DNA of 59,386 bases, filler included. It is 8 parts of 8 records of this genome, joined end to end, with 100 filler letters (N's around TTAATTAATTAA, not from the genome) between each part and the next. Parts side by side here need not be neighbours in the genome. Positions count along the whole stretch, not along the records: positions 41,426 to 48,418 come from SRR31156797_31928; positions 48,519 to 53,568 come from SRR31156797_31931; 6 more parts are not named here. One strand, 5' to 3'. How positions within the stretch are numbered: the first letter of the stretch is position 1; each line of letters opens with the position of its first letter. A program made the translations under genes and the position numbers. Positions 41,624-52,046 of this stretch are shown one piece after another. Under the pieces are notes generated by a model. It made no database searches and was not told the DNA's origin. It saw nothing but the letters and a program-made list of their open reading frames with translations.

Positions 41624-44600
41624 ATGAAAAAAATTTTAGGATTGGATTTAGGAACCAACAGTATTGGTTGGGCATTGATTGATCAAAATTTTGATAAAAA
41701 GAAGGGAGGATTAATGGGCTTGGAAGTAGGATTATTCCGATGAGTCAGGATATTCTAGGTAAATTTGACTCAGGGGTTTCTATTTCTCAAACTGCAGAAC
41801 GAACTGGATATAGAGGTGTCCGTCGTTTATACCAAAAAGATGCTCTGCGCCGCGAACGCTTGCACCGTGTTTTGAATATTCTTGGGTTTTTGCCAGCACA
41901 TTACGCCGAAAGTATTGATTTTGAAAAACGGCTTGGGCAATTCAAAGATGGAAATGAAGTAAAACTCAACTATCGAAAAAATGGCACTTTAAAGCATGAA
42001 TTTATCTTTTTTGATAGCTTTAAAGAAATGGCTGCTGAGTTTGCAGCTAACAATCAAGAAACAAAAATTCCATACGACTGGACTATTTATTTTTTACGCA
42101 AAAAAGCTTTGACGGAAAAAATAAGTGAAGAGGAGTTGGCCTGGATTATTCTAAATTTTAATCAAAAACGAGGCTATTATCAATTAAGGGGAGAAGATGA
42201 TGATGAAAACATAAAAACCTCAAGAACCCGAAAATATTTCGATACACAAAAAATTAAATCCATTACTGATACAAATGAAAAGTATAAAAAATTAAAGGTG
42301 CTAATAGTCGAACTTGAAAATGGAAATAAAGGAAAAATGTTTAAAAAGGAAATTCCAAATTGGATTGGAGTTGAAAAAGATTTTATCGCAACTGTAGATA
42401 TTGATAAAGATGGTAACGATAAATATGATGATGGATTGTTAAGCCAAAAATTCTCAATTCCTACCACTGAACAATGGGAAACTGAATGGAACCTTGTAAA
42501 ATTAAAAACTCAGAATGATATTGAGATTTTTAATGAACGAAATCATACAGTAGGAATTGCAAGTTACATATTCGGCAAATTACTTGAAAACCCCTCCCAA
42601 AAAATCAGGGGAAAACTAGTGCGCACAATTGAACGCAAGTTTTACAAAGAAGAATTAAAACAAATCCTTGAAACACAAGCCCTGTTTCATCCCAAATTAA
42701 AAGATAAAAAATATTACCAGGCCTGTGTTGAAGAATTGTATCCACGAAACGAAGCACACCAAAAAAGCATCAAAGACAAGGGATTTACCTATTTATTTAT
42801 CGATGATATTATTTTTTATCAGCGCCCTTTAAAAAGCAAAAAATCGAGCATTGCCAATTGTCAATATGAATTTCGGACTTACAAAAAGCTATCAGAAATC
42901 AAGGAGAATGGAGTCGTTAAAGAAAAAGAAATAACAGTTAACGAACCCTTGAAGGCCATCCCAAAATCACATCCGCTTTTTCAAGAATTCAGATTGTGGC
43001 AGTTCCTGAAAAATCTAAAAATTTACCAAAAGAATGCAATTGTTGAAAATAAACCTGTATTTGATTTAGATGTAACGAACCGACTTTTACCTGACGAGAA
43101 TGCGGGGGTAGAATTGTTCGATTTTTTAAACGCCAGAAAGGATATCGAGCAAAAACAACTCATCGACTTCTTTGTAAAAAGGAAGGTTATATCACGGCAT
43201 GAGAAAGATAATTACCGATGGAATTACGTGGAAGATAAGAAATACCCCTGCAACGATACCAAAGCACAGTTTGTATCGCGCATGAAAAAAGTAAACGGAA
43301 TGGCAGATTGTGATTTGTTTTTACACGAAAAAACAAAATTGGGTAAAAAGAGCGACTCAATTAAGATGTCGCGGGAGCAACAATTGTGGCACATCATTTA
43401 TTCCATTCACGATAAAAAAGAGTTTGAAAAAGCATTGGAAGCATTTGCTAAGAAACACAATATAGACAAAGAGTCGTTTATTGAAAACTTTAAGAAATTC
43501 CCGCCTTTTAAAAGTGAATATGGTGCCTATTCCGAGAAAGCCATAAAAAAGTTGTTACCCCTAATGCGTTTAGGGAAATATTGGAACGAAGATATAATTC
43601 CCGCTGAAAGCATTGCCCGGTCAGAAATGATTATGGAGCGTTTGTCCAGCATTGGATTTGACAAAAATAAAATTGATGATAAAGTTGCCGATGATGATAT
43701 TCCTAAACAAATCCTAAAAAGTTTCTGCGACTTTCAGGGGCAAAATCCTTGTCGTGGACTAAACACCTATCAGGCTTGTTATTTAGTTTATAACCGACAT
43801 TCCGAAGTAGGCAGTATCAGCTATTGGAAACACCCATCAGATATTGCGAATTATTTGGATGAATTTAAACAGCACAGTTTGCGCAACCCGATTGTTGAAC
43901 AAGTGGTTACCGAAACCTTGCGCGTGGTAAAGGATATTTGGGAACATTTTGGAAATAGCGAGGAACACTTATTTGATGAGATTCACCTTGAATTGGGACG
44001 GGAAATGAAAAATCCGGCAGACAAACGGAAAAAAATGTCGGAGCAGATTACCGAAAATGAAAACACCAATCAAAGAATACGGGAGATTTTACAGGAATTA
44101 GTAAATGACAAAGACGTGCAAGGTGATATTCGGCCATTTTCTCCAAGCCACCAGGAAATCCTTAAAATATATGAGGAAGGAGTTTATCAAAACCCACAAA
44201 CCCGATATTCGGATTTGAGTGTTGATGATGTTGAGAAAATTAGAAAAACTGCATCACCCTCACGCAACGATATTTTACGGTATAAACTTTGGCTTGAACA
44301 AGGCTATGTTTCACCATATACAGGACAGACTATTCCACTGTCACGGCTCTTTACAAGCGATTATCAGATTGAACACATCATACCACAATCACGCTATTTT
44401 GACGATTCGCTCAGTAACAAAATCATTTGCGAAAGCGAAATCAATCAATTGAAGGATAATCAAACCGCATACACTTTTTTGAAAAATGAGCGCGGACGCA
44501 TAGTTGAACTGGCAAAGGGCAAAACAGTCAAGCTTTTCTCTTTGGAAGATTACGAAACGCATTGCAACGATTATTTCGAAAAAAACCGAACCAAACTGCA

Positions 44601-46347
44601 AAAATTATTGAGCGAAGAAATCCCTGAAAGTTTTATCAATAGGCAAATGAACGACAGTCGCTACATAAGCAAACTTGTGAAAGGCTTGCTAAGTAACTTG
44701 GTTCGCGAGGAAAATGAGCTTGAAGCCACCTCCAAAAACCTCGTTCCGGTTTCAGGTGCCATAACTTCAAATTTAAAAAAAGACTGGGGTTTGCATGATA
44801 AGTGGAATGAAATTGTTACACCACGTTTTAAACGCCTAAACCAAATAAGCAATTCCAACGATTTTGGCTTTTGGGACAAAAGTATTAATGCTTTCAGAAT
44901 TACCGTACCAGAGCCCTTAATAAAAGGATTCAACGCAAAACGCATTGATCACCGCCATCACGCACTGGATGCTTTGGTTATTGCCTGCACTACCAAAGAC
45001 CACATCAATTACATAACCTCTTTAAACACAAAACGCAACAATTATGCTTTGGTGTCGAAATTAAGGAGGGTTGAAACCATCGAAATGCTTAATAAAAAAA
45101 CCGGCGAAATAAAAACCAGAGATGTCGCTCGAAATTTCCATCTTCCCTGGCCTGGCTTTCCGGTTGAAGCACACGAATGGCTGGGCAAAACTGTTGTGAG
45201 TTTTAAACAAAACCAACGGATAATTAATAAAACCAACAACAAATTCTGGCATTGGGAAAAGAAAGATGGTATATTAAAAAAGGTATTGGTTCCACAAACC
45301 AAAGGTGATAATTGGGCAATAAGGAAACCTTTGCATAAAGAAACAGTTATCGGCAGTGTGAGTGTTAAGATAAAAAAAACAGTTTCATTTAACAATGGCG
45401 TAAAAGACTGGCAAAATGTGGTTGATAAGGAACTTAAAAAACGAATCAAATCACTGTATGGTTTGGGTGAAAACGAAAAATCAATCCTTAAATACTTCAA
45501 AGAAAATCCATATCAAGTAAATGGTAAGCCTGTTTCTAAGGTTGAAGTTTTTGCATTTACCGAAGGTGCTACTGCCACCCGAGTAGCTTTAACCGAAAAA
45601 TTTACAGCAAAGCAACTGGCCAATGTAACCGATTCTGGAATCCGCACAATTTTAGAAAGACACCTGGAAAACTATCTTGATGAAAAAGGCAATGAACGTT
45701 TCGATTTGGCTTTTAATCCTGAAGGTATAGACGAACTGAATAAAAACATTGAGGATTTAAATAAAGGGAAAAAACACAAGCCAATTTATAAAGTGCGCAT
45801 TTACGAAGAAGGAAAGAAGTTCAACGTTGGGGCAAAAGGAAACAAGAAGAGCAAATTTGTTGAAGCGGCAAAAGGAACCAACTTGTTTTTTGCTGTCTAT
45901 TGGAACGAAGGAAAGCAAAAGCGCGAATTTGAAACGATACCATTAAATGAAGTTATCGAATTTCAAAAATGGCGGGCAACAATTCCAAAAGATGAACAAA
46001 AAGTAACCCCGCTTATCCCTGTGAACTATGAAAAGGGAAATTTCCTTTTTTCGCTTTCACCCAACGATTTGGTGTATGTGCCAACAGAAGACGAAATGGA
46101 AAATCCTAACTCTTTGAGCTTTGAAAATTTATCAGCAGAAGAGGCCGCAAGAGTTTATAAGATGGTGAGTAGTTCATTAAGTCAATGTTTTTTCATACCT
46201 AACCAGGTTGCAACTTCAATTTATAATAAAGTAGAATTTTCTGTACTAAATAAAATGGAGAAATCTACAGATGATGAAATGATTAAAGATAAATGCTGGA
46301 AACTCAAAGTTGACCGCTTAGGAAATATTACAAAAGTAATTCGGTAA
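41624..46347 (+). CDS. cas9: Type II-C Cas9 with a -1 frameshift near codon 25
   Basis: RuvC-I MKKILGLDLGTNSIGWA at 41624 is out of frame with the 41740 ORF. That ORF carries the bridge helix (AERTGYRGVRRL), RuvC-II IHLELGRE, HNH IEHIIPQS...NK and RuvC-III HRHHALDA. Confidence 0.93.
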
Positions 46348-46353
46348 CTCACT

Positions 46354-46386
46354 ACCGACGGCGTCGCTTGAAGCGACACCGTCGGT
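46354..46386 (+). repeat. REP-like 33-nt hairpin, copy 1 (intergenic)
   Basis: ACCGACGGCGTCGCTTGAAGCGACACCGTCGGT; palindrome with one C.A mismatch at stem position 9. Confidence 0.9.
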
Positions 46387-46591
46387 GAAAAGCAAAACCA
46401 TGAATTTTGAAAAAGGACATCTTTTCCACATCTACAACCAGGGAAATAACCGGCAAAAGGTTTTCTTTAACCGGGAGAATTACCTTTATTTTTTAAGGAA
46501 GATAAAAACCTATGTTTTGCCATATGCTGATATCCTGGCGTGGTGCCTGATGCCTAATCACTTTCATTTAATGGTGAAGGTAAACAAAGTA

Positions 46592-46624
46592 AGCGTCGGC
46601 GTCGCTTCGAGCGACACCGACGCT
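46592..46624 (+). repeat. REP-like 33-nt hairpin, copy 2 (in frame inside the transposase)
   Basis: AGCGTCGGCGTCGCTTCGAGCGACACCGACGCT; same C.A mismatch; encodes SVGVASSDTDA. Confidence 0.9.
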
Positions 46625-46990
46625 GAGAAAATGCGCACCTTCAACGATTCCATTGGAATCATGCTACGTTCATACACCAATGCCATCAACAAAAAAACAG
46701 GCAGAACCGGAAAACTCTTTCGTGAAAAAACCAAAGCGGAATGTATAACTTGTCACGATGGAATAACTCCATCCTTCCATAACACCAATTCCGGTACTAT
46801 AATAAGCATCACCCATCCCGAAGAACAATATCCTGAACTTTGCTTTCACTACATCCATCAAAATCCGGTGAAAGCAAAACTGGTGAAAAATCAAACAGAT
46901 TGGGAGTTTTCATCGGCCCAGGACTATGCCGGGATTAGAAACGGAAAACTAATCAACCGTGATGTTACCAGCGAGTATATTGTTAATCTG

Positions 46991-47023
46991 AGCGTTGGTG
47001 TCGCTTTAAGCGACGCCGACGCT
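46991..47023 (-). repeat. REP-like 33-nt hairpin, copy 3 (inverted, in the transposase 3' end)
   Basis: Reverse complement AGCGTCGGCGTCGCTTAAAGCGACACCAACGCT; the + strand encodes SVGVALSDADA. Confidence 0.9.
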
Positions 47024-47043
47024 GGAAAACATAAAACCTTATT

Positions 47044-47943
47044 ATGATCAAAAGAACCCTCTATTTTGGCAATCCCTGCTACTTAAAAAAAAAGCAGGAT
47101 CAGCTTCAGGTGGATTATCCTGATGAAGACCTTGATTCTAAATCTGTTCCCATCGAAGACATTGGAATTGTTGTTCTTGACAATCCACGTGTTACAATTA
47201 CTCAGGCTTTGCTAACTGCCATTTCTGAAAACAATGCGGTAATCATTAACTGCAATTCCCATCACATGCCGTTTGCTTTGATGCTTCCAATAGCAGCACA
47301 TAGCACTTACACCGAAAAACTCCGTTTCCAGCTTGATTCTTCAGTACCGCTGCGAAAAAACCTGTGGCAACAAACCGTTGTAGCAAAAATCAACAATCAG
47401 GCCGCATTGTTGGCACATTGGGGCATCGATGTGCAAAACATGAAATATTGGGCGAAACAGGTTAAAAGCGGAGATCCCGAAAACATGGAAGCGCGTGCTG
47501 CAGCTTTTTATTGGGGTAAGTATCTCGAAGGATTTAAACGGCATCGCTATGGTACCCCTCCCAATAATCTGCTCAATTACGGTTATGCCATACTTCGGGC
47601 TGTTGTGGCACGATCGCTGGTTGCCAGCGGTATGTTGCCGGCATTGGGAATTCACCACCGCAACAAGTATAATCCATTTTGTTTGGCCGATGATATTATG
47701 GAACCCTTCCGTCCGTGGGTTGATCGTCTGGTGATGGAGATTTGTGAGGAACAGGAAAACATTGAAGAATTAACACCTGAACTCAAACGTGCTTTGCTAT
47801 CTATTCCGGTTTTGGATATTTATATCGACAAACAGAAGAGCCCTTTAATGGTGGGCGTACAACGAACTACTGCCTCGCTGATGCAATGTTTTGAAGGGAC
47901 TACGAGAAAAATAATTTATTCTGAGTTTGTTGATCAATCGTAA
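47044..47943 (+). CDS. cas1: Type II CRISPR-associated Cas1
   Basis: [54 protein letters not shown]. Confidence 0.95.
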   Translation: MIKRTLYFGNPCYLKKKQDQLQVDYPDEDLDSKSVPIEDIGIVVLDNPRVTITQALLTAISENNAVIINCNSHHMPFALMLPIAAHSTYTEKLRFQLDSSVPLRKNLWQQTVVAKINNQAALLAHWGIDVQNMKYWAKQVKSGDPENMEARAAAFYWGKYLEGFKRHRYGTPPNNLLNYGYAILRAVVARSLVASGMLPALGIHHRNKYNPFCLADDIMEPFRPWVDRLVMEICEEQENIEELTPELKRALLSIPVLDIYIDKQKSPLMVGVQRTTASLMQCFEGTTRKIIYSEFVDQS

Positions 47944-48281
47944 TGAAACTTGAAGCATTAAACCAATACCGGATCATGTGGGTATTTGTATTTTATGACC
48001 TCCCGACCGAAACCAAAAAAGACCGGCGGAATTTTACCCTGTTCAGAAAACGATTGCAACAGGACGGCTTTTCCATGCTACAGTATTCCATCTATGTGAG
48101 GCACTGCAACAGCCGCGAAAACGCCGAAGTACATCAACGAAGGGTAAAAAGCTTTCTCCCACCCAAAGGAGAGATTATCATGTTTACCTTAACCGATAAA
48201 CAGTTCGGCATGATGGAGTTCTTCAGGTCGGCGCAAGAGAGCAAAAAGCCTGACACACCCCAGCAACTGGAATTATTCTGA
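47943..48281 (+). CDS. cas2: Cas2
   Basis: [40 protein letters not shown]. Confidence 0.95.
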   Translation: MKLEALNQYRIMWVFVFYDLPTETKKDRRNFTLFRKRLQQDGFSMLQYSIYVRHCNSRENAEVHQRRVKSFLPPKGEIIMFTLTDKQFGMMEFFRSAQESKKPDTPQQLELF

Positions 48282-48389
48282 AAACAAAAAACCGGACCCC
48301 TTTTCAGGAATCCGGTAATTTCCTATCTGATTTTTCAATCGAAATATTGACCCTAAATCACTGATTTCATGCTGTTTGTTATGCGGTAT

Positions 48390-48418
48390 GCTGAAATCAA
48401 TATTTCAAAGATACAATC
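48390..48418 (-). CRISPR. First (partial) CRISPR repeat; the array is cut by the contig end
   Basis: GCTGAAATCAATATTTCAAAGATACAATC lies ~110 nt after cas2 and its end matches the tracrRNA anti-repeat. Only one partial repeat is visible, with no spacers. Confidence 0.6.
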
Positions 48419-48518
48419 NNNNNNNNNNNNNNNNNNNNNNNNNNNNNNNNNNNNNNNNNNNNTTAATTAATTAANNNNNNNNNNNNNNNNNNNNNNNNNN
48501 NNNNNNNNNNNNNNNNNN
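48419..48518. other. Artificial contig spacer 6
   Basis: N44-TTAATTAATTAA-N44. Confidence 0.98.
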
Positions 48519-48635
48519 GACACCCTGCTTGTTTCCATGTTCAACAAAAACATTTCACTTGGAATTGTGAGACTGAAAGTCGCTGAGACCATCAAGGAAA
48601 TTATTCAGGTGCTGGCCGACCCGGATATCCCATGA
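48519..48635 (+). CDS. MglB-like roadblock/LC7 protein, C-terminal fragment
   Basis: Manual translation DTLLVSMFNKNISLGIVRLKVAETIKEIIQVL shows the roadblock SLG.VRL motif; directly upstream of mglA. Confidence 0.75.
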   Translation, partial: DTLLVSMFNKNISLGIVRLKVAETIKEIIQVLADPDIP

Positions 48636-48703
48636 GATATTGAGCCAGGGAATCAGCCAGGGCAGAACCGGTTTACCAAACCCGGAACCTTAAGGGGGAA
48701 AAT

Positions 48704-49309
48704 TTGGCGCTCATCAATGTAAAGACCAAGGAAGTGCAGATCAAAATTGTCTACTATGGTCCGGGAAGGGGGGGGAAAACAACAAACCTTGAGTATATCA
48801 ACCGGACCTACCGGGAGCAGATCAAGACCGAAATGGTCAGTCTTAAAACCCAGGACGACCGAACCCTCTTTTTTGATTTTCTGCCCTTTGACGTGGGGCA
48901 GATAAAGGGATTTGATGTGGCCATCCAATTGTACACCGTTCCCGGCCAGGTAAAATACAATGCCACCCGCAGGCTGGTGCTGAGGGGGGTAGACGGTATT
49001 GTTTTTGTGGCCGATGTTCAGCAATCCCAGCGAAAAAAAAATATCGAGTCCTTAAATCAACTCTATGAAAATCTGGAAACCTATAAGCTTGATCTGTTTA
49101 ACATCCCACTGGTGATGCAATACAATAAAATTGATTTAAAAAAAACCGATATTCCCATCCTCTCCTCAGAAAACCTGCAAAAGGACCTGAACAGCCGTTT
49201 AAAAGTTCCTGCATTTGAGGCAAGCGCTTTATACGGGGGGAACGTGATTCCCACTTTGAAAAAGATCATAGCCATTACACTGGCATCCATCCAGGAGCAT
49301 CTATTCTAA
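48704..49309 (+). CDS. mglA: MglA-family small GTPase
   Basis: KIVYYGPGRGGKTTNL, DRTLFFDFLP, LYTVPGQV.Y..TR.LVL.GVDG, QYNKID. Confidence 0.9.
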   Translation: MALINVKTKEVQIKIVYYGPGRGGKTTNLEYINRTYREQIKTEMVSLKTQDDRTLFFDFLPFDVGQIKGFDVAIQLYTVPGQVKYNATRRLVLRGVDGIVFVADVQQSQRKKNIESLNQLYENLETYKLDLFNIPLVMQYNKIDLKKTDIPILSSENLQKDLNSRLKVPAFEASALYGGNVIPTLKKIIAITLASIQEHLF

Positions 49310-49319
49310 GGAGGTTGTT

Positions 49320-50933
49320 TTGAATTCTCTTGCGAACATCAAACAGATCATTGGGTCCATGGAATCCGGCGTAACGGTTGATGATGTAAAGGATTTTCAA
49401 AGACAGGTCGCGGACCTTGAAACCCAGGTCCGGGGCAATGCCCCCGCCGCCTCTTTTGGGAAAATGCTGCACGCCGTTGGCAAATACCTGGCATCTGAAA
49501 TAAATAACGCCCATAAAGATACCTTGCCGCTCCTCCGTACGTTGGTGGAACTCCTGGACAGTCTCGTTCGGCTTCCCCCGGAGAGCCACGGCAAAGCCGA
49601 TGAAATACTGGCCCGGGGAATTCAAGCCTTTAAACGTTTCAAGGTCGGGATATCTGAAGCTCCCCGGGTTTCCGAAAAGGAAATAGAGGCGCTTAAGGCA
49701 GTGATCCTTTCCATCGATTGGGAAATATCAGACATCACCCTGAAAAGTTTCAATGCTGTGATTAAACCGCTGGCTTCAAAAATGAAGTCCCGTAAAATTC
49801 ATGATTCATTTTTGAAAATCATGCATAGTCTTGTGGGATATGTCGCCCGGTATAAGGCCGATGCCCATAAGGACTCCATCGCGCTTTTGCATTCTGTTTT
49901 TCAAAGTTATGAACGTATGGTCCGGGATCCGGATTTGACGGCTGCGGATCAAAAACAGATGCTTGAAGCCGATATCCGTGCGTTTCAAGAATTTAAGCGT
50001 GAAATAGCCCGACCCGCAAGGACCAAGCCTGTTCAGGATCCGGTGGATGAAGAGGTGGCACCGGCCCTGTCGCATCTTAAAGCCGAACCCTCAACCGGGC
50101 ATTCGGTTCCCCTGAGCAGACTTCCGGAAGAGGACATCTCATTTCCCGCATCCCACAGGGCCGATGATGACATCCCCCCGGCCCTGGCGGACAAGGAAAA
50201 GGAAGTATCTGATTCGAGGGATATGCTGGATGACCTTTTCATGGCCAAAGAGTCTCCTGCGGATAAGCTCCTGGATGCCATCCACATGGCTGAAATTCAC
50301 GGACCCGACCAGGAATATGGCATGGAGATGCCCGGGGCGGCGGAAGATAAGGATCAGAAAGAAGGGGTTCATCATTTTACTCCCCAGCGAATGGACAAGG
50401 AGCCCATACCGGAAATAGAAAGCAGGCTGGATGCATTTTTCAACCTGGATGTTTCGGAAAAGGAAATAAAAGCGTCTGCCTCAGATACGGACCAAAGCAC
50501 GGAAAATGACCGGCTCGCCCATGGGGCGGAGAGTGACTTGCCTGATGACCAGGAAGCCATTGTGCCTTTCCAATATGAAGATGAATCCTTTGAGCAAGAG
50601 GACGAAAACCAGGCGTCACGTCTCCTGGAAAGGTTAAGGGTTTGCCTGAAAAAACCGGGCGGGTTAGCAGAGGAAACGGTTTTCACGGCTTTTACTGACG
50701 ATGTGTCACTTTTAAAAGCGGAATGGCGGGAGGACCCGGATAAGATCTCCCTCCTGGAACTGCTGGACTCCCTTGCCCGGTACAGCCATGCCCCGGAAAA
50801 GGGAGACCGGCCGGAACCCCGGTCGGATCCTGAAATCCAAATGGAGGCAGTGCCGGAAGAGGGGGCTGAGGATTCGGCAGAACCGAAGGCCGGAGGGGTG
50901 TGGGCAAAAATAAAATCACTGTTCCGTAACTGA
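49320..50933 (+). CDS. Hypothetical protein: duplicated helical N-terminal domain plus long acidic linker
   Basis: GGAGG RBS; two ~118-aa repeats each containing AHKD; D/E/P-rich middle; amphipathic C-terminus GVWAKIKSLFRN. Confidence 0.8.
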   Translation: MNSLANIKQIIGSMESGVTVDDVKDFQRQVADLETQVRGNAPAASFGKMLHAVGKYLASEINNAHKDTLPLLRTLVELLDSLVRLPPESHGKADEILARGIQAFKRFKVGISEAPRVSEKEIEALKAVILSIDWEISDITLKSFNAVIKPLASKMKSRKIHDSFLKIMHSLVGYVARYKADAHKDSIALLHSVFQSYERMVRDPDLTAADQKQMLEADIRAFQEFKREIARPARTKPVQDPVDEEVAPALSHLKAEPSTGHSVPLSRLPEEDISFPASHRADDDIPPALADKEKEVSDSRDMLDDLFMAKESPADKLLDAIHMAEIHGPDQEYGMEMPGAAEDKDQKEGVHHFTPQRMDKEPIPEIESRLDAFFNLDVSEKEIKASASDTDQSTENDRLAHGAESDLPDDQEAIVPFQYEDESFEQEDENQASRLLERLRVCLKKPGGLAEETVFTAFTDDVSLLKAEWREDPDKISLLELLDSLARYSHAPEKGDRPEPRSDPEIQMEAVPEEGAEDSAEPKAGGVWAKIKSLFRN

Positions 50934-50934
50934 T

Positions 50935-51399
50935 ATGATTTTCTTTTGTGAAGACTGCGGGGAAAAAAACGATCTGGACGGGTCGGCCTTTTCAAATGGG
51001 AAAGCCGTCTTTCAATGCCGTGCATGCGGTTATCGTAATGCCTATTCTTTTTGTCCCCGGGAAAAGGAAATCCACCGGGAAAAAGGCAGGATACTGAAAT
51101 CAATCTGTTCTTTTTCCGAAGTTATCGGTGTTTTCTTATACGATACGGAAAACGGGGTCAGGGAGACCCGAATGCCGGACATTTTAACCCGGGGAGATAT
51201 TGAGACCCTTGGCAGGGCGTTTTTCCGCAGCTATACCCGCGGCCAATCCGTCTATCCGGATATCCAGGGCATGTGCATCCGGATTGCGGATAAGTATTTC
51301 ATGGTTCACAGGATGCCGGACCGCCTGTTGGCTGTAATTGTCACCAGGACGCCTACCCTGCCGGATGCTGTTCATAAATTCATCCTCGACCTTGCATAA
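50935..51399 (+). CDS. Zn-ribbon (CxxC...CxxC) plus roadblock-like domain protein
   Basis: FFCEDCGEK...FQCRACGYRN, then VIGVFLYD..G.V. Confidence 0.7.
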   Translation: MIFFCEDCGEKNDLDGSAFSNGKAVFQCRACGYRNAYSFCPREKEIHREKGRILKSICSFSEVIGVFLYDTENGVRETRMPDILTRGDIETLGRAFFRSYTRGQSVYPDIQGMCIRIADKYFMVHRMPDRLLAVIVTRTPTLPDAVHKFILDLA

Positions 51400-51402
51400 A
51401 AA

Positions 51403-51747
51403 ATGGATAAATCGGTGGCGTTAATGGATTGGTTTTCAGATATTGGCCGGATCAAGGGCGTTGATCAGTACGTTCTGGTGGATAACAGGGGAAATATCAT
51501 GATTCATGATATGACAGAATTCGAAAACGTCGCTGAAGTGGTATGGTCCTGTGGCCGGAGCCTGTCGGTCCTGGGAAAGGAAAAATTTAAATATGCCGCT
51601 TTTTTACGAAAAAACAAAAAAGATTTTTTAATTTTTCCTGTTGGCAAGTACTATCTTGGAGTGGTAGAAAGAAAGGGCTTCGTGACCGCTGAAGTGGCAG
51701 ACGCCGTTATGGATTTTCTGAATACCCGTTTTGATGAAATAGGTTAA
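51403..51747 (+). CDS. Roadblock/LC7-like protein
   Basis: IGRIKGVDQYVLVDNRGNIM pattern; 114 aa. Confidence 0.65.
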   Translation: MDKSVALMDWFSDIGRIKGVDQYVLVDNRGNIMIHDMTEFENVAEVVWSCGRSLSVLGKEKFKYAAFLRKNKKDFLIFPVGKYYLGVVERKGFVTAEVADAVMDFLNTRFDEIG

Positions 51748-51759
51748 AATGGAGGATCA

Positions 51760-52035
51760 ATGACCGCACAAACGATCATATCGGTTTTCACTCTGGTAAT
51801 CTATTTAATTATTATTTTTGTCTTTAACAAGGGCCGGGTCAAGTACGCCGGTGGAAAAGTCGGGAAGGTGATTAATTTGATCCTGGTCACGGTCTGCCTT
51901 TTGTTTATCGCCGATTATGTCGCGATTCTTAATCCGTTTGTGGACGAAGAGGTGTTGGATATTATTCGTGCCCTTTTCCGAACAGCGGCCCTTTCCTTCC
52001 TGGCCTACGGCGGGGGGAAGCTATCCGATTCATAG
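51760..52035 (+). CDS. Small 3-TM membrane protein
   Basis: GGAGG RBS; three hydrophobic segments. Confidence 0.7.
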   Translation: MTAQTIISVFTLVIYLIIIFVFNKGRVKYAGGKVGKVINLILVTVCLLFIADYVAILNPFVDEEVLDIIRALFRTAALSFLAYGGGKLSDS

Positions 52036-52046
52036 ACTTGGGAGGA

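Larger units (their letters stand above)
46400..47047 (+). mobile_element. RAYT-like Y1 HUH tyrosine transposase/nuclease (IS200 superfamily)
   Basis: FHIYNQGNN, AWCLMPNHFHL (HUH), YIHQNPV (catalytic Tyr), DWEFSSA. Its stop overlaps the cas1 start (ATGA). Confidence 0.88.

Noticed and set aside
46354-47023. The three 33-nt repeats as a mini CRISPR array or tracrRNA
   Set aside because: Spacing is irregular (about 240 and 400 nt), one copy is inverted, they are GC-rich, and they do not match the repeat or anti-repeat.
48282-48635. Link between the CRISPR locus and the Mgl locus
   Set aside because: Separated by a contig spacer.
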